Numbered from the stretch's first letter, positions 49,632 to 59,540 are shown. The stretch: DNA of 64,000 nt from an uncultured Mycoplasmatota bacterium (GCA_947426265.1 CANEDJ010000002.1:367-64366), one strand, 5' to 3'. The notes: generated from the sequence alone by a model not told the origin. A program made the numbers and translations.

Positions 49632-50132
49632 ATGACGATGGAACTTGATAGAGAATATAATAATATTGTATATCATATCTTAATAAATGAAGAGTTTAAT
49701 AAAATAAAGTTAATAGAACACCATGGAGTGACAAGATTTGAGCATTCTTTGAAAGTATCTTATTATTCATATAAAATTGCAAAATTTTTGCACTTAGATT
49801 ACAAAGATGTAGCACGTGGAGGCTTACTACATGATTTTTTTCTAAGCGATGAAGATAGAACATCCAAAGAACGTTTTTTATCTACTTTTGTGCATCCTAA
49901 AAAAGCAGTTGAAAAATCATTAGAAAATTTTGATTTAAGTGACAAGGAAATTGACATGATTCGGGCTCATATGTTCCCAATTAATATAGCCATTCCAAAA
50001 TATGCTGAAAGCTGGGTAGTGAGTTTTGTTGATAAAGGAGTAGCAATGATAGAATTTGAAAAGAAATTTCAAGTACGTTTGGCATATCTTTTTAACGTTT
50101 ATTTTTTATTGTTATTGAATCATATAAGATAG
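49632..50132 (+). CDS. HD-domain phosphohydrolase
   Basis: HHGVTRFEHSLKVS...GGLLHDF (H...HD...D motifs). Confidence 0.65.
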   Translation: MTMELDREYNNIVYHILINEEFNKIKLIEHHGVTRFEHSLKVSYYSYKIAKFLHLDYKDVARGGLLHDFFLSDEDRTSKERFLSTFVHPKKAVEKSLENFDLSDKEIDMIRAHMFPINIAIPKYAESWVVSFVDKGVAMIEFEKKFQVRLAYLFNVYFLLLLNHIR

Positions 50133-50178
50133 AAATCTATCTTTTTTTTCATTTTAAAACGTGCTATAATATAAATAT

Positions 50179-50255
50179 GTCTCCGTAGCTCAGCTGGATA
50201 GAGCGACCCCCTCCTAAGGGGTAGGCCGAAGGTTCAAATCCTTTCGGGGACACCA
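50179..50255 (+). tRNA. tRNA-Arg (anticodon CCU)
   Basis: Acceptor GTCTCCG pairs with CGGGGAC. Anticodon stem ACCCC/GGGGT with loop CTCCTAA. T-loop TTCAAAT. CCA encoded. Preceded by extended -10 GTGCTATAAT. Confidence 0.75.
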
Positions 50256-50417
50256 TTTATGATTAAAAAGTCTTGTAAATAAAGTTTTGCAAGATTTTTT
50301 TTGCCAAAATATTAAAAACTAAAACAAAAAAATAACCAAACAATTACAAAAATGGTGTATAATAGGAATAGAAGATAGCAAAGGATATCTTGGAGTTTAA
50401 AGAGAGGATTAGAAAAT

Positions 50418-50858
50418 ATGGAAGTAAGTTTTAAAATCGCAACCATAGATGATGTAGAAGCAATTATTACATTATGTAATGAGTGTTTCAATGAAAACAC
50501 AGATATGGAATATGCTAAAAAAGTATTTTTAGAAACAGAACATGACAAAAATCAAATTTATTTGATAGGAGTGGCAAATGGAGAAGTTATTGCACATAGC
50601 AAAATAACAATTATACCTACAATTTATGAAGATATGAATACATATTCAATCTTAAATCATGTTTGTGTAAAACCAGAATACAGAAGACATAACATTGCAA
50701 GTAAAATGTTAATAGAATGTGAGCGTCTTTCAAAAGAGAAAGGATGTGTAGCTATGGAGCTTTGGTCAAAAAACTTTAGACAACCTGCACATGCTTGTTA
50801 TAAAAAATATGGCTTTGTAGTAAATGATGCAGCATTTTTTTCAAAAACAATAGGTTAG
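50418..50858 (+). CDS. GNAT-family N-acetyltransferase
   Basis: Acetyl-CoA-binding motif region VKPEYRRHNIASKML. Length 146 aa. Confidence 0.7.
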   Translation: MEVSFKIATIDDVEAIITLCNECFNENTDMEYAKKVFLETEHDKNQIYLIGVANGEVIAHSKITIIPTIYEDMNTYSILNHVCVKPEYRRHNIASKMLIECERLSKEKGCVAMELWSKNFRQPAHACYKKYGFVVNDAAFFSKTIG

Positions 50859-50868
50859 GAGTATAGAT

Positions 50869-52050
50869 ATGAAGATTAGTAACGTTTATATAGGTGGCTG
50901 GTTTCAAAGAACGATGCTACAATTATCAGAAATATATGATTTTTTAAGAGATTGCAAATCTCAATTAGATTTAGACCCAGAGAAATTAATTGAATATAGA
51001 AAAAATTTAGCCATTGGAAAAATAGATTATGGTGTTTCAGGAGAAGAATATATTGAATTTACAACTGCTGTCAATATAAAAGTTAAAATTTTTGAAGATG
51101 GGCTTATCATTTTAAACAATGAAAAAGTAAGCGAAGATACTTTATTTGCAGACATTGAACATGTAACTGATTATTACGAAAATAAGCTATCACCTGCATT
51201 TAGCTATCTGTTTAGTTTAGGAGCTCCTGTTCCAAAAGAATTAGCAAATATTGAAACAGTATATCCTTACTTTGTAGTTTGTGATAATGCGACGAAAGAA
51301 GAAATCTCAGATTTATTATCTAGAACAGAAAAACAAAAATATTTTGAATTTGTAAATGATAAATATGATGTAATTAGAGGAGATAAATATTATTTTATCA
51401 ATAACAAAAAACAATCTTTTGATAACATTGAAAGATATATAGAAGAACAAGTATTTATTAGAGAATTTAAAGGTCAATTGCATCGTTACTTAAATATGCA
51501 TAGAATTATATGGGAGAAAATTGATGCTGTAAAAGAAAACGTCAATGTAAAAGGTTCAGAAATTATTAAATTTACAACAAAATTAGAGGGATATGCCAAA
51601 ACAATTAACTTAATTGATGGAAGAATTGATCAAATGAGCACTTATATTGCAACAAGAGAGAAAATTGCTAAAAGTGATGCCGAATTAGCTGAGTTTTTAG
51701 CTATTTCAGGATATCGCTATGAAACTTTACGTGATACATTAAATTATATTAAATATTTATGGTCAATGACCAAAAATTATGTAGGGTCAGCCCAAAAACT
51801 ATTTGAAGGAATAAAACAAGATGTTACAAACAAGTCTGTAGATAGTTTAACAATCGTTACATCGATGAGTGCAGGAGCAGCCATTATAGGATTATTAACT
51901 GAAACAGCACCAGAATTTACCATTTTTGGAGTATTGTATTTCTTTATCCTAGCAATATTAGGATGGTTCTCTACTAAAATATTGGGGGCTATTTCGAAAA
52001 AAAGAAAATATGAAGTTTCAGATATTGAATATGATAAAAATATCAAATAA
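50869..52050 (+). CDS. Hypothetical protein with a C-terminal TM hairpin
   Basis: 393 aa, soluble N-terminus, two C-terminal TM helices. No motif recognised. Confidence 0.45.
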   Translation: MKISNVYIGGWFQRTMLQLSEIYDFLRDCKSQLDLDPEKLIEYRKNLAIGKIDYGVSGEEYIEFTTAVNIKVKIFEDGLIILNNEKVSEDTLFADIEHVTDYYENKLSPAFSYLFSLGAPVPKELANIETVYPYFVVCDNATKEEISDLLSRTEKQKYFEFVNDKYDVIRGDKYYFINNKKQSFDNIERYIEEQVFIREFKGQLHRYLNMHRIIWEKIDAVKENVNVKGSEIIKFTTKLEGYAKTINLIDGRIDQMSTYIATREKIAKSDAELAEFLAISGYRYETLRDTLNYIKYLWSMTKNYVGSAQKLFEGIKQDVTNKSVDSLTIVTSMSAGAAIIGLLTETAPEFTIFGVLYFFILAILGWFSTKILGAISKKRKYEVSDIEYDKNIK

Positions 52051-52169
52051 GAGCTTTTGCTCTTTTTCTTTTAAACTTAAATTATGAACATTTTAATTTT
52101 ATTTTTCACTTCTTTCTTGAATTTGCATTAAAAAATGTGTATGATAAATATGGCAGGGGGGAATTTAAT

Positions 52170-53288
52170 ATGATTACAAAAGAAAATTTAGATAAAGTAG
52201 AAAGACATGCAAATGCAGGATATTTATTGACAGTAAAAACGCTAAAAGACTTTGGCTTTCATATTGGTGAAATAGCATATTTAATAGAAACAGGAAGGTT
52301 AATTGATAGAAAAGATGGAAGCTACTGTTATTTTACACAAGAGAAAGAAGATTTTTGTGATTTTGAAAAGATTCCTTCTAAGGATCAAGTAATAGAACCA
52401 TTACTATCCATATTATTAGAAGAAAAAAGGCGAATTGATATTGATACAGGAGATCCAGATTGGAAGCTTTTAGAAGAAAAAAGCAAAATACTAGAAGCTA
52501 GAAAAGGAATCATTGTTTTAAAAGCAATGTCAGAAGAAAGACAACGCAAAATATGTCAATTTGCACAAGCAATTCCTTGTATCATTGCTTCTTCAATTGA
52601 TCAAGGCTCAGAAAAGAAAAGCGTTATTTTAAAATTTCATATAAATGAACTGATAGACACTAATAGACTTATGAAAGCAGGAGATAGCGCCTATCACAAA
52701 AAAGCATTTCGAAAATGTATAAAATATTACTTGGAAGCGTTTTCTCATTTTAGAAAACCTTCTCCTTATTTGTATGGAAGATTAGGACTTTCTTATATGA
52801 AAATAGGACAAACCAGAAAAGCAGCCGAATTTTTAACTGTTGCTGATTCACTATATAAAATAGCAGGAAAACATTGCCGATTTTCAGATTTAATTGAAGA
52901 CTTGAAAAGAAAAAACAAAAAGACTGGTGATAGAAAATTTCATGTTCCATTTGAGGAATCAGACTTTCAAAATAATATGAATGAATATTATGGTTTAGAA
53001 GCGATAGAAGAAATGGCAGCCTTTGTATCAAGCGGAAAAACAATAGAAGAAGTACAGGAAAAATTTTCCTTAACAGAAGAACAAACTACTTTATTAATGC
53101 TTGTATTTGCTAGAGTTTGTTATACAAATGGAGACTTTATTTTAGGAGATCAATATTTAAGAAAAGTAGAAAAAAGAAAGAATAAAACAAAACAAATCAA
53201 ACAGTTATTAGAGGAAATTAGAAGAAAGAAGAAGTTCTATAAAAATCAAGTTTCTGAGGACGCAAAATCTTTTATATTAACAAGATAG
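52170..53288 (+). CDS. Hypothetical protein with a TPR-like segment
   Basis: AYHKKAFRKCIKYYLEAFSHF...YGRLGLSYMKIGQTRKAAEFL. Start chosen at MITKENL. Confidence 0.4.
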   Translation: MITKENLDKVERHANAGYLLTVKTLKDFGFHIGEIAYLIETGRLIDRKDGSYCYFTQEKEDFCDFEKIPSKDQVIEPLLSILLEEKRRIDIDTGDPDWKLLEEKSKILEARKGIIVLKAMSEERQRKICQFAQAIPCIIASSIDQGSEKKSVILKFHINELIDTNRLMKAGDSAYHKKAFRKCIKYYLEAFSHFRKPSPYLYGRLGLSYMKIGQTRKAAEFLTVADSLYKIAGKHCRFSDLIEDLKRKNKKTGDRKFHVPFEESDFQNNMNEYYGLEAIEEMAAFVSSGKTIEEVQEKFSLTEEQTTLLMLVFARVCYTNGDFILGDQYLRKVEKRKNKTKQIKQLLEEIRRKKKFYKNQVSEDAKSFILTR

Positions 53289-53312
53289 TTATGATATTTG
53301 TCATAACTTTTT
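53288..53312 (+). terminator. Rho-independent terminator
   Basis: GTTATGA-TATTTG-TCATAAC followed by TTTTT. Confidence 0.65.
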
Positions 53313-53365
53313 CTTTTGGTTTTATTTTCCTATGGATTTTGATATAATAGAATAGAGGTAAGAAT

Positions 53366-53950
53366 ATGAAAAAGAATGATGCAATGTTATATCGTTTCGC
53401 CAGACCAATAATTACTGGACTATTTAAAACTTTTTTTACGCCAAAAATAGTAGGAAAAGAAAACATTCCAATTTCTGGGAGAATTATTTTAGCAGGAAAT
53501 CATACAAGTAACTTTGATTGTTTGCTTTTAATCAGTTCTACAAAAAGATCTATTCATTTCTTAGCAAAAAAAGAATTATGGACTGGCCCTAAAAAAATTA
53601 TTTTTGGAAATATGGGATTGATTCCTGTTGATCGAAGTAAAAAAGATCATAAGTCTTTAGAGGCAGCAGAGAATTATTTAAAAAGTGAGTGCTTAATTGG
53701 AATTTTCCCAGAAGGTACCACGGAAAAACAAAAAGGAAAAATTCTTCCATTTAAAATGGGAGCTATAAAAATGGCTGTAGATACGAATACCAAAATAGTT
53801 CCATTTGCGATTTCAGGGAATTACTCTTTGTTTTCAAGAAATTTAAAGATTATATTTGGTGATCCAATATCTATTAAGAATAATGACCTAGAAAAAGAAA
53901 AAGAAAGCTTAGAAAAAACGATTCAAAAATTAATGAGAGGTGATTTATAG
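53366..53950 (+). CDS. 1-acyl-sn-glycerol-3-phosphate acyltransferase family (PlsC/LPLAT)
   Basis: HxxxxD motif GNHTSNFDC and FPEGT motif. Confidence 0.8.
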   Translation: MKKNDAMLYRFARPIITGLFKTFFTPKIVGKENIPISGRIILAGNHTSNFDCLLLISSTKRSIHFLAKKELWTGPKKIIFGNMGLIPVDRSKKDHKSLEAAENYLKSECLIGIFPEGTTEKQKGKILPFKMGAIKMAVDTNTKIVPFAISGNYSLFSRNLKIIFGDPISIKNNDLEKEKESLEKTIQKLMRGDL

Positions 53951-55683
53951 TGTCTATATTTGATATCTTTAGACGAAAAAAAGAAATACCAGCTCCTTGG
54001 AGTAAATATTATAAAGAAGAAGACTTAAACATTAAAATTCCAAATATTAGTATGTATGAACAAGTAAAAAGAAGTGGCGCCAAATATCCAAACTATACAG
54101 CTTATGAGTATTTCGGAAGAAAAACGAACTATAAAACATTTTTAAAGGAAATTGATGCAGCGGCAGCAGCTTTCAAAGTCATGGGGATAAAAAAAGGAGA
54201 TATCATAACATTATGTATGCCAAATGTTCCAGAAGTTTTAATTTCCTTATACGGACTTAATAAATTGGGAGCGATTGCCAATATGCTTCATCCTCTTTCG
54301 GCGGAAGAAGAAATCAAAGAGAACTTGCTTTCAACAAAAAGTGAATATTTAGTTATGATTGATATGTTTTATCACAAAATAGAAAAAAACATAGAAGAGA
54401 CAAAAGTAAAAAAAGTTATTTTTGTTTCTGCTAGCGATTCTATGGGCATTTTGATGAAGATTGGCTACAAATTAACACAAGGTAGGAAGTTTTTAAAATA
54501 TCCAAAAAAAGACCAATTCTTAAATTGGAAACAATTTATGAAATTGTCCAAAAAGTCAATCGAGAGAATAGACATGAAATTTGGAAAGGATACTCCAGCA
54601 GTAATTATCCATAGTGGTGGAACAAGTGGCACACCAAAAAATGTTGTTATCCAAAATAGAGCTTTTCTTTTGGCAGCAAAGCAAGAACAAATTTCCTTAA
54701 AAAAATTGAGGCCTGGAGATTGCTGTTTAGCAATTATGCCAAATTTTCATGGTTTTGGTCTCAGTGTATTGATGCATACTCCTTTAGCGCTTGGCTGTTA
54801 TACAATTTTAGTACCCCAATTTAATTCTAAAAAATTTGATATTTTATTTAAAAAAACGAAACCAACTTGTGTTTTAGGAGTACCAACTTTATTTGAAGCT
54901 CTTTCTGAAAACAATAATATAAAACATTTGGATTTGTCATTCTTAAAATATGCAGTGAGTGGAGGAGATCTTTTAAATAGCAATTTAGAAAATAAAATTA
55001 ATGAATATTTCAAAGCACATAACTCTCAGGCTAGAATTACCCAAGGATACGGATTATCTGAAGCTTTAGCTGCTGTATGCTTGGCAGCAGATGACGTTAA
55101 TAAAAGTGGATCAGTTGGAATTCCACTAGCAGGAAATCATGTGAAAATTATTGATCCAGCAACAAGAGAAACACTTCCTTATAACGAAGTGGGAGAAATT
55201 GTAATCCACACGAAAGCACTTATGATGGGGTATTTAAATAATGAGGCAGAAACCAACGAAGCATTACAAGTTCATAAGGATGGGCATGTATGGCTACATA
55301 CAGGAGACCTAGGATATATGGATGAAGACGGATTTGTTTTTTATAAAGGAAGGCAAAAGAGAATGATTATTTCCAGTGGTTATAACGTATTTCCTTCCCA
55401 CATAGAAGAAGTGATAGAAGCACATCCAGCTGTTTTACAATGTACAGTAGTTGGAATACCTCATTCATATAAAGGGGAAGTTCCAAAAGCTTTTATTGTA
55501 TTAAAAGAAGGATTTCATGGACTATTTATCAAATCAGAAATTAAAGAATATTGTAAAAAAAACATGGCTAAATATATGGTTCCAGCTGAATTTGTTTATC
55601 GAAAAAAATTGCCAAAAACGAAACTGGGAAAAGTAGATTTTATAAAATTACAAAGTGATATAGGAGTTGATGATGATGAATAA
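53950..55683 (+). CDS. AMP-dependent synthetase/ligase (acyl-CoA or acyl-ACP synthetase)
   Basis: AMP-binding motif IHSGGTSGTPK and YGLSE/GDLG blocks. Start overlaps the upstream stop. Confidence 0.85.
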   Translation: MSIFDIFRRKKEIPAPWSKYYKEEDLNIKIPNISMYEQVKRSGAKYPNYTAYEYFGRKTNYKTFLKEIDAAAAAFKVMGIKKGDIITLCMPNVPEVLISLYGLNKLGAIANMLHPLSAEEEIKENLLSTKSEYLVMIDMFYHKIEKNIEETKVKKVIFVSASDSMGILMKIGYKLTQGRKFLKYPKKDQFLNWKQFMKLSKKSIERIDMKFGKDTPAVIIHSGGTSGTPKNVVIQNRAFLLAAKQEQISLKKLRPGDCCLAIMPNFHGFGLSVLMHTPLALGCYTILVPQFNSKKFDILFKKTKPTCVLGVPTLFEALSENNNIKHLDLSFLKYAVSGGDLLNSNLENKINEYFKAHNSQARITQGYGLSEALAAVCLAADDVNKSGSVGIPLAGNHVKIIDPATRETLPYNEVGEIVIHTKALMMGYLNNEAETNEALQVHKDGHVWLHTGDLGYMDEDGFVFYKGRQKRMIISSGYNVFPSHIEEVIEAHPAVLQCTVVGIPHSYKGEVPKAFIVLKEGFHGLFIKSEIKEYCKKNMAKYMVPAEFVYRKKLPKTKLGKVDFIKLQSDIGVDDDE

Positions 55684-56269
55684 AAAAGTACCATTTTTAT
55701 ATAAATTTGGAAAAATAATTCTGGGACCTATTTTTAAGTGGTATTATCATCCAACCATTATAGGAGCAGAGAACATTCCTTCTACAGGTTCTATTTTAAT
55801 TGTTGGGAATCACAAACATCTATATGACCAGTGTTTAACGATTATTGCTACTAGAAGAGGAATACACTACATGGCTAAAAAAGAATACTTTGATGATAAA
55901 AAAGTAGCTTGGTTTTTTAAAGGAACAGGATGTATTTCAGTCGATAGAAGTAAAAAAGATGAGCACTCAAAAGAATTGGCTTTATCTGTTTTAAAAGATG
56001 GAGGAGCTGTAGGCTTATTCCCAGAAGGAACTAGAAACAAAACAGAAGAATTTCTTTTGCCATTTAAATTTGGTGCAGTTAGTATGGCGAGTAAAACCGA
56101 CTCTTATTTGGTACCATTTGGAATTACAGGAGATTATGTTTTTAGAAGTAAAAATCTGGTAATTCGATACGGAAAGCCGTTTAAAGTTGGAGAAATGACA
56201 TTAAAAGAAGCCAATCAGTATCTCCATGATGAAGTAGAAGCTTTGATGAAACAAAATTTAAACATGTAA
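55667..56269 (+). CDS. Second PlsC/LPLAT-family acyltransferase
   Basis: GNHKHLYDQC (HxxxxD) and FPEGTRN. Overlaps the ligase gene by 17 nt. Confidence 0.8.
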   Translation: MMMMNKKVPFLYKFGKIILGPIFKWYYHPTIIGAENIPSTGSILIVGNHKHLYDQCLTIIATRRGIHYMAKKEYFDDKKVAWFFKGTGCISVDRSKKDEHSKELALSVLKDGGAVGLFPEGTRNKTEEFLLPFKFGAVSMASKTDSYLVPFGITGDYVFRSKNLVIRYGKPFKVGEMTLKEANQYLHDEVEALMKQNLNM

Positions 56270-56336
56270 AATTTGAAAAGTTTTCTAGTGAACAGAAGAC
56301 TTTTTTGGTATAATAATTAAGAATGGAGGATAAACT

Positions 56337-57740
56337 ATGTCATTAAAAGATAAATTGGGGAGTACTTTAAAGCAGGCAACAAATTATTTAGGAAACGTTA
56401 ACATAAAAGATAAAGTGATTGAAATGAAAGATAAAACAATCGATAAAGTAAAAGGGATTGATAATCCAGATCATTATACTGCACCAGTAGGATTTGAATT
56501 GTTTAAAATCCCAGTAGCAATTAGCACTGCAGAAATTACAAGAACATTAGATAAGGTAGAACCATTTCATTTGAAAGAAAAAGATAAGATCATAGATGCT
56601 TATGTAAGATTGCTATCATTATTAGGACAAGATGAAACAATTATAAACGCCATAACTGCAACAATGAAAAAAACATACTTGATTGTTTGGACGAGCAAAG
56701 ATAGACTTTTGATTGTTCACAAAGAACATTATAAAGTGTTGCCAAGAGAGGAAATGAAGTCTTTCAAAGTGATTGGAACAGGAGCTTTTGGATTAATTTT
56801 TACTTTAAATCAATATCAGTTTACAGGAAACGAAAAATCAAAGGTATATTGTTTTATTCGGTCTTATTGCCATGAGAATACCAATCCATATATATTTACT
56901 CCATATATTTCTATATCAAAAACACTCAATTATTATGAACGCTTTAAATATGGAAAGCTTGCTAAAGAAAATGATGCAATCAATGAAAATAAAGAACTAA
57001 GCATATTGTTTGAACCAACTGAATTTCCACTGGTAAGCATCTATGGAACATTTGTTGATAAAAAATATGTGATAGCACTTTCAACAAATAGAAAAATATA
57101 TTTGATTGATCAAAATGAATATACAGTGGTCCCAATGAACCATATTAAGAAGATTGAACTTATGAATAAAGGTATGTTTAGCTATGAATTCTATATGGAC
57201 AATTATTACTTTACTGGAAGTGGTCCAGAAGCAAGTGTTATCAAATTTATTGAATATATAAATAACCCAGATTGTTACGAAAATGCTAGAAATGAGTTTT
57301 TAAAAGCCAATCAAGTTTTGGTAACTTTCCCATTTGCTAACGCTATATCTTATCAGACTCCAGGAGGAGAAGGACTTGTTGTTAGTGCCTCTGGAAACAG
57401 CTTTTTAGTAAGCCATGGAATGAACCAAATGGAAATGTATTCTAAAAATGATTTTGACCGCTATGAGCTATTAATGGAATTAGGCATTAATAAAGATGAT
57501 ATGTGGAATGTAGAAAATGCGAAACTAGAGGAAAAAAAGACAATAACAAAAGAAGAAGCCATCTATAACTATGATAAAGTAAGAGTGCGAATCTTTATAA
57601 AACATAAATTAGAACATGTAGTAGAAATACCTTTTATTTTAATGAAAAAAGTTGTTTACCATGAAATTGAAGAAACGACAGAAGCAGGAACAGTAGTTAC
57701 TCAAGAATTTTTAGATAAATTAGATCGTTTTAAATATTAG
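56337..57740 (+). CDS. Hypothetical protein (467 aa), possibly tandem bacterial PH-like domains
   Basis: No catalytic motif recognised. First gene of a tightly packed operon behind a TGGTATAAT promoter. Confidence 0.45.
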   Translation: MSLKDKLGSTLKQATNYLGNVNIKDKVIEMKDKTIDKVKGIDNPDHYTAPVGFELFKIPVAISTAEITRTLDKVEPFHLKEKDKIIDAYVRLLSLLGQDETIINAITATMKKTYLIVWTSKDRLLIVHKEHYKVLPREEMKSFKVIGTGAFGLIFTLNQYQFTGNEKSKVYCFIRSYCHENTNPYIFTPYISISKTLNYYERFKYGKLAKENDAINENKELSILFEPTEFPLVSIYGTFVDKKYVIALSTNRKIYLIDQNEYTVVPMNHIKKIELMNKGMFSYEFYMDNYYFTGSGPEASVIKFIEYINNPDCYENARNEFLKANQVLVTFPFANAISYQTPGGEGLVVSASGNSFLVSHGMNQMEMYSKNDFDRYELLMELGINKDDMWNVENAKLEEKKTITKEEAIYNYDKVRVRIFIKHKLEHVVEIPFILMKKVVYHEIEETTEAGTVVTQEFLDKLDRFKY

Positions 57741-57753
57741 AAAGAGGCAAAGA

Positions 57754-58488
57754 ATGACAGTTATATTATTATCACCAGATGGAAAAAAATTTGAGTTAGA
57801 GTGGGAAGACTTATTGGAATGTAGTAAACAAATATGTGAGCAATGGATTTCAGAATCGGAAGAGAATAAAAGAATTTTTGATTCTTATGCATCACAATAT
57901 ACATTGTTTACTCCTTATTATGATTTCCTATTACACCGACTTCGATATATACAAGTAGGATTTCCTTTTTTTGAAAACGCATGTGCAATTCCAAGCTTAC
58001 ATTTTAAGAAAATAATATCTTTGGATGGAGAGGACCCATTAAACTATGATTATTTGAAAAATAGAAAGAATCAATTTTGTTTAGATATTTATACAGGTTC
58101 AGATAAGCAATTAGACTATCAAAAGCCATACAGTGAATATAAAGAAGGATTTTTACTTCCAGATGGTTCTTTAATTTCTATAGACCAATTAGGAAATCAT
58201 AAAAATATTGCCTATGCATATTTGCTTCAAAAAATGATTGAGGATCCTTCTTTGTTGACTGATTATTTGAATTATAAGGACAAAATAGGAGATATCAGAG
58301 AATACTTTTTTTATAGATTGGGCTGTGCTCAAACTTTTGGTTTAGAATGTAGAGTTGCAATTTATGATGTTGCTTTATTAACGTCAATTCAAAGAAAATT
58401 ATTGAATTCTATGGATTTAGATAGTGATTTGCAAAACTCTATTTTAGAAGAATTTCAAAATCCATTTACATCGGAGATAAGGAAGTGA
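57754..58488 (+). CDS. Hypothetical protein (244 aa)
   Basis: ORF with RBS AAGAGGCAAAGA. 4-nt overlap with the next gene. Confidence 0.45.
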   Translation: MTVILLSPDGKKFELEWEDLLECSKQICEQWISESEENKRIFDSYASQYTLFTPYYDFLLHRLRYIQVGFPFFENACAIPSLHFKKIISLDGEDPLNYDYLKNRKNQFCLDIYTGSDKQLDYQKPYSEYKEGFLLPDGSLISIDQLGNHKNIAYAYLLQKMIEDPSLLTDYLNYKDKIGDIREYFFYRLGCAQTFGLECRVAIYDVALLTSIQRKLLNSMDLDSDLQNSILEEFQNPFTSEIRK

Positions 58489-58772
58489 TATGCATGAAAA
58501 TTAATGGTTATAATGTTAATATTGATTCCTTAATGGAGGATTTAAATATTGATCATGATTTTTATATAAAACGGAAAAACGGATTAATGTTAAAAGATTC
58601 ACAAATAAAAATATTAGAGCGTTACCACATTTTTTATCAAAATTACAATAGTCTTTCTTCTTTATTATTTGAAATAGAAGAAGTTTTAAATGAAATGCCA
58701 GAAGCAGAAGAACTTGAAAAAGTATCGGAAGAATTATCAGAGCTTCATTATTATAACGAAACAAATAAATAG
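58485..58772 (+). CDS. Hypothetical small acidic protein (95 aa)
   Basis: ATGA overlap with the upstream gene. Confidence 0.35.
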   Translation: MICMKINGYNVNIDSLMEDLNIDHDFYIKRKNGLMLKDSQIKILERYHIFYQNYNSLSSLLFEIEEVLNEMPEAEELEKVSEELSELHYYNETNK

Positions 58773-58779
58773 GAGTATT

Positions 58780-59523
58780 ATGGAATTATTAGAAAAAATA
58801 GAAATTTTATTATCATATTATAAGAAGGGAATATTAGGAGGAGAATTCATGCCAGAGGATGAAAATCCAAATTTAGAAAAGTCATCTTGTCAAAATTATT
58901 TGTATTTTACACTTCCTATGGCATTAAATTATCAAAGGAATTCTTATACATTATGGGAAAGTGCTAATAAAACATATAATGATGCAGAAACACGTTTTGT
59001 ATTTGATCCTAAAAAAGTAGTGGAATCAAGTTTTGAAAAAGTTCAAGAAGCCCTTACAAAATATAAAGTAGCACTTCAAAAAAATAAACAAACAGAAGTC
59101 TGGATAAGACTTTGTAATACTATTGTGAATGATTTTGATGGAGATGTTAGAAATATCTTTTTGAAATTTCATAACAATGTGAATGAAATCCGAAAGTTTA
59201 TGCAAATAGAAGAAAAGAAAAAATTTCCATATTTATCAGGAACAAAAATTTGTAATTATTGGCTTTATGTAATGAGTCAGTATGCAGATCAAAGGTATGA
59301 AGACCCAGAGAACTTAACAGTTGCTCCAGATACTCATCTATGTAAAGCTACTTACCATTTGGGGCTGATTACAGAAGAGGAGCTAAACTCTAACAATGTT
59401 CAGAAACTGGTTATTGAGAGGTGGAATCAGGCTTTAAAAGGGACCAAATATCACCCAATAGATATTCATACCCCATTATGGCTTTGGAGTCGAAATGGTT
59501 TTAAAAAGATTGAAAAAGAATAA
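58780..59523 (+). CDS. HhH-GPD-superfamily DNA-glycosylase-like protein (no Fe-S cluster)
   Basis: FPYLSGTKICNYWLYV (HhH/GPD-like) then VAPDTHLCKATYHLGLI, which resembles the VDTHVxRVxxRLGL catalytic-Asp block of endonuclease III/Ogg. AGGAG RBS before the ATG at 58780. Confidence 0.4.
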   Translation: MELLEKIEILLSYYKKGILGGEFMPEDENPNLEKSSCQNYLYFTLPMALNYQRNSYTLWESANKTYNDAETRFVFDPKKVVESSFEKVQEALTKYKVALQKNKQTEVWIRLCNTIVNDFDGDVRNIFLKFHNNVNEIRKFMQIEEKKKFPYLSGTKICNYWLYVMSQYADQRYEDPENLTVAPDTHLCKATYHLGLITEEELNSNNVQKLVIERWNQALKGTKYHPIDIHTPLWLWSRNGFKKIEKE

Positions 59524-59540
59524 AAATATTCTTTTTTTTG
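59516..59540 (+). terminator. Rho-independent terminator
   Basis: AAGAATA-AAAA-TATTCTT followed by TTTTTTT. Confidence 0.65.
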
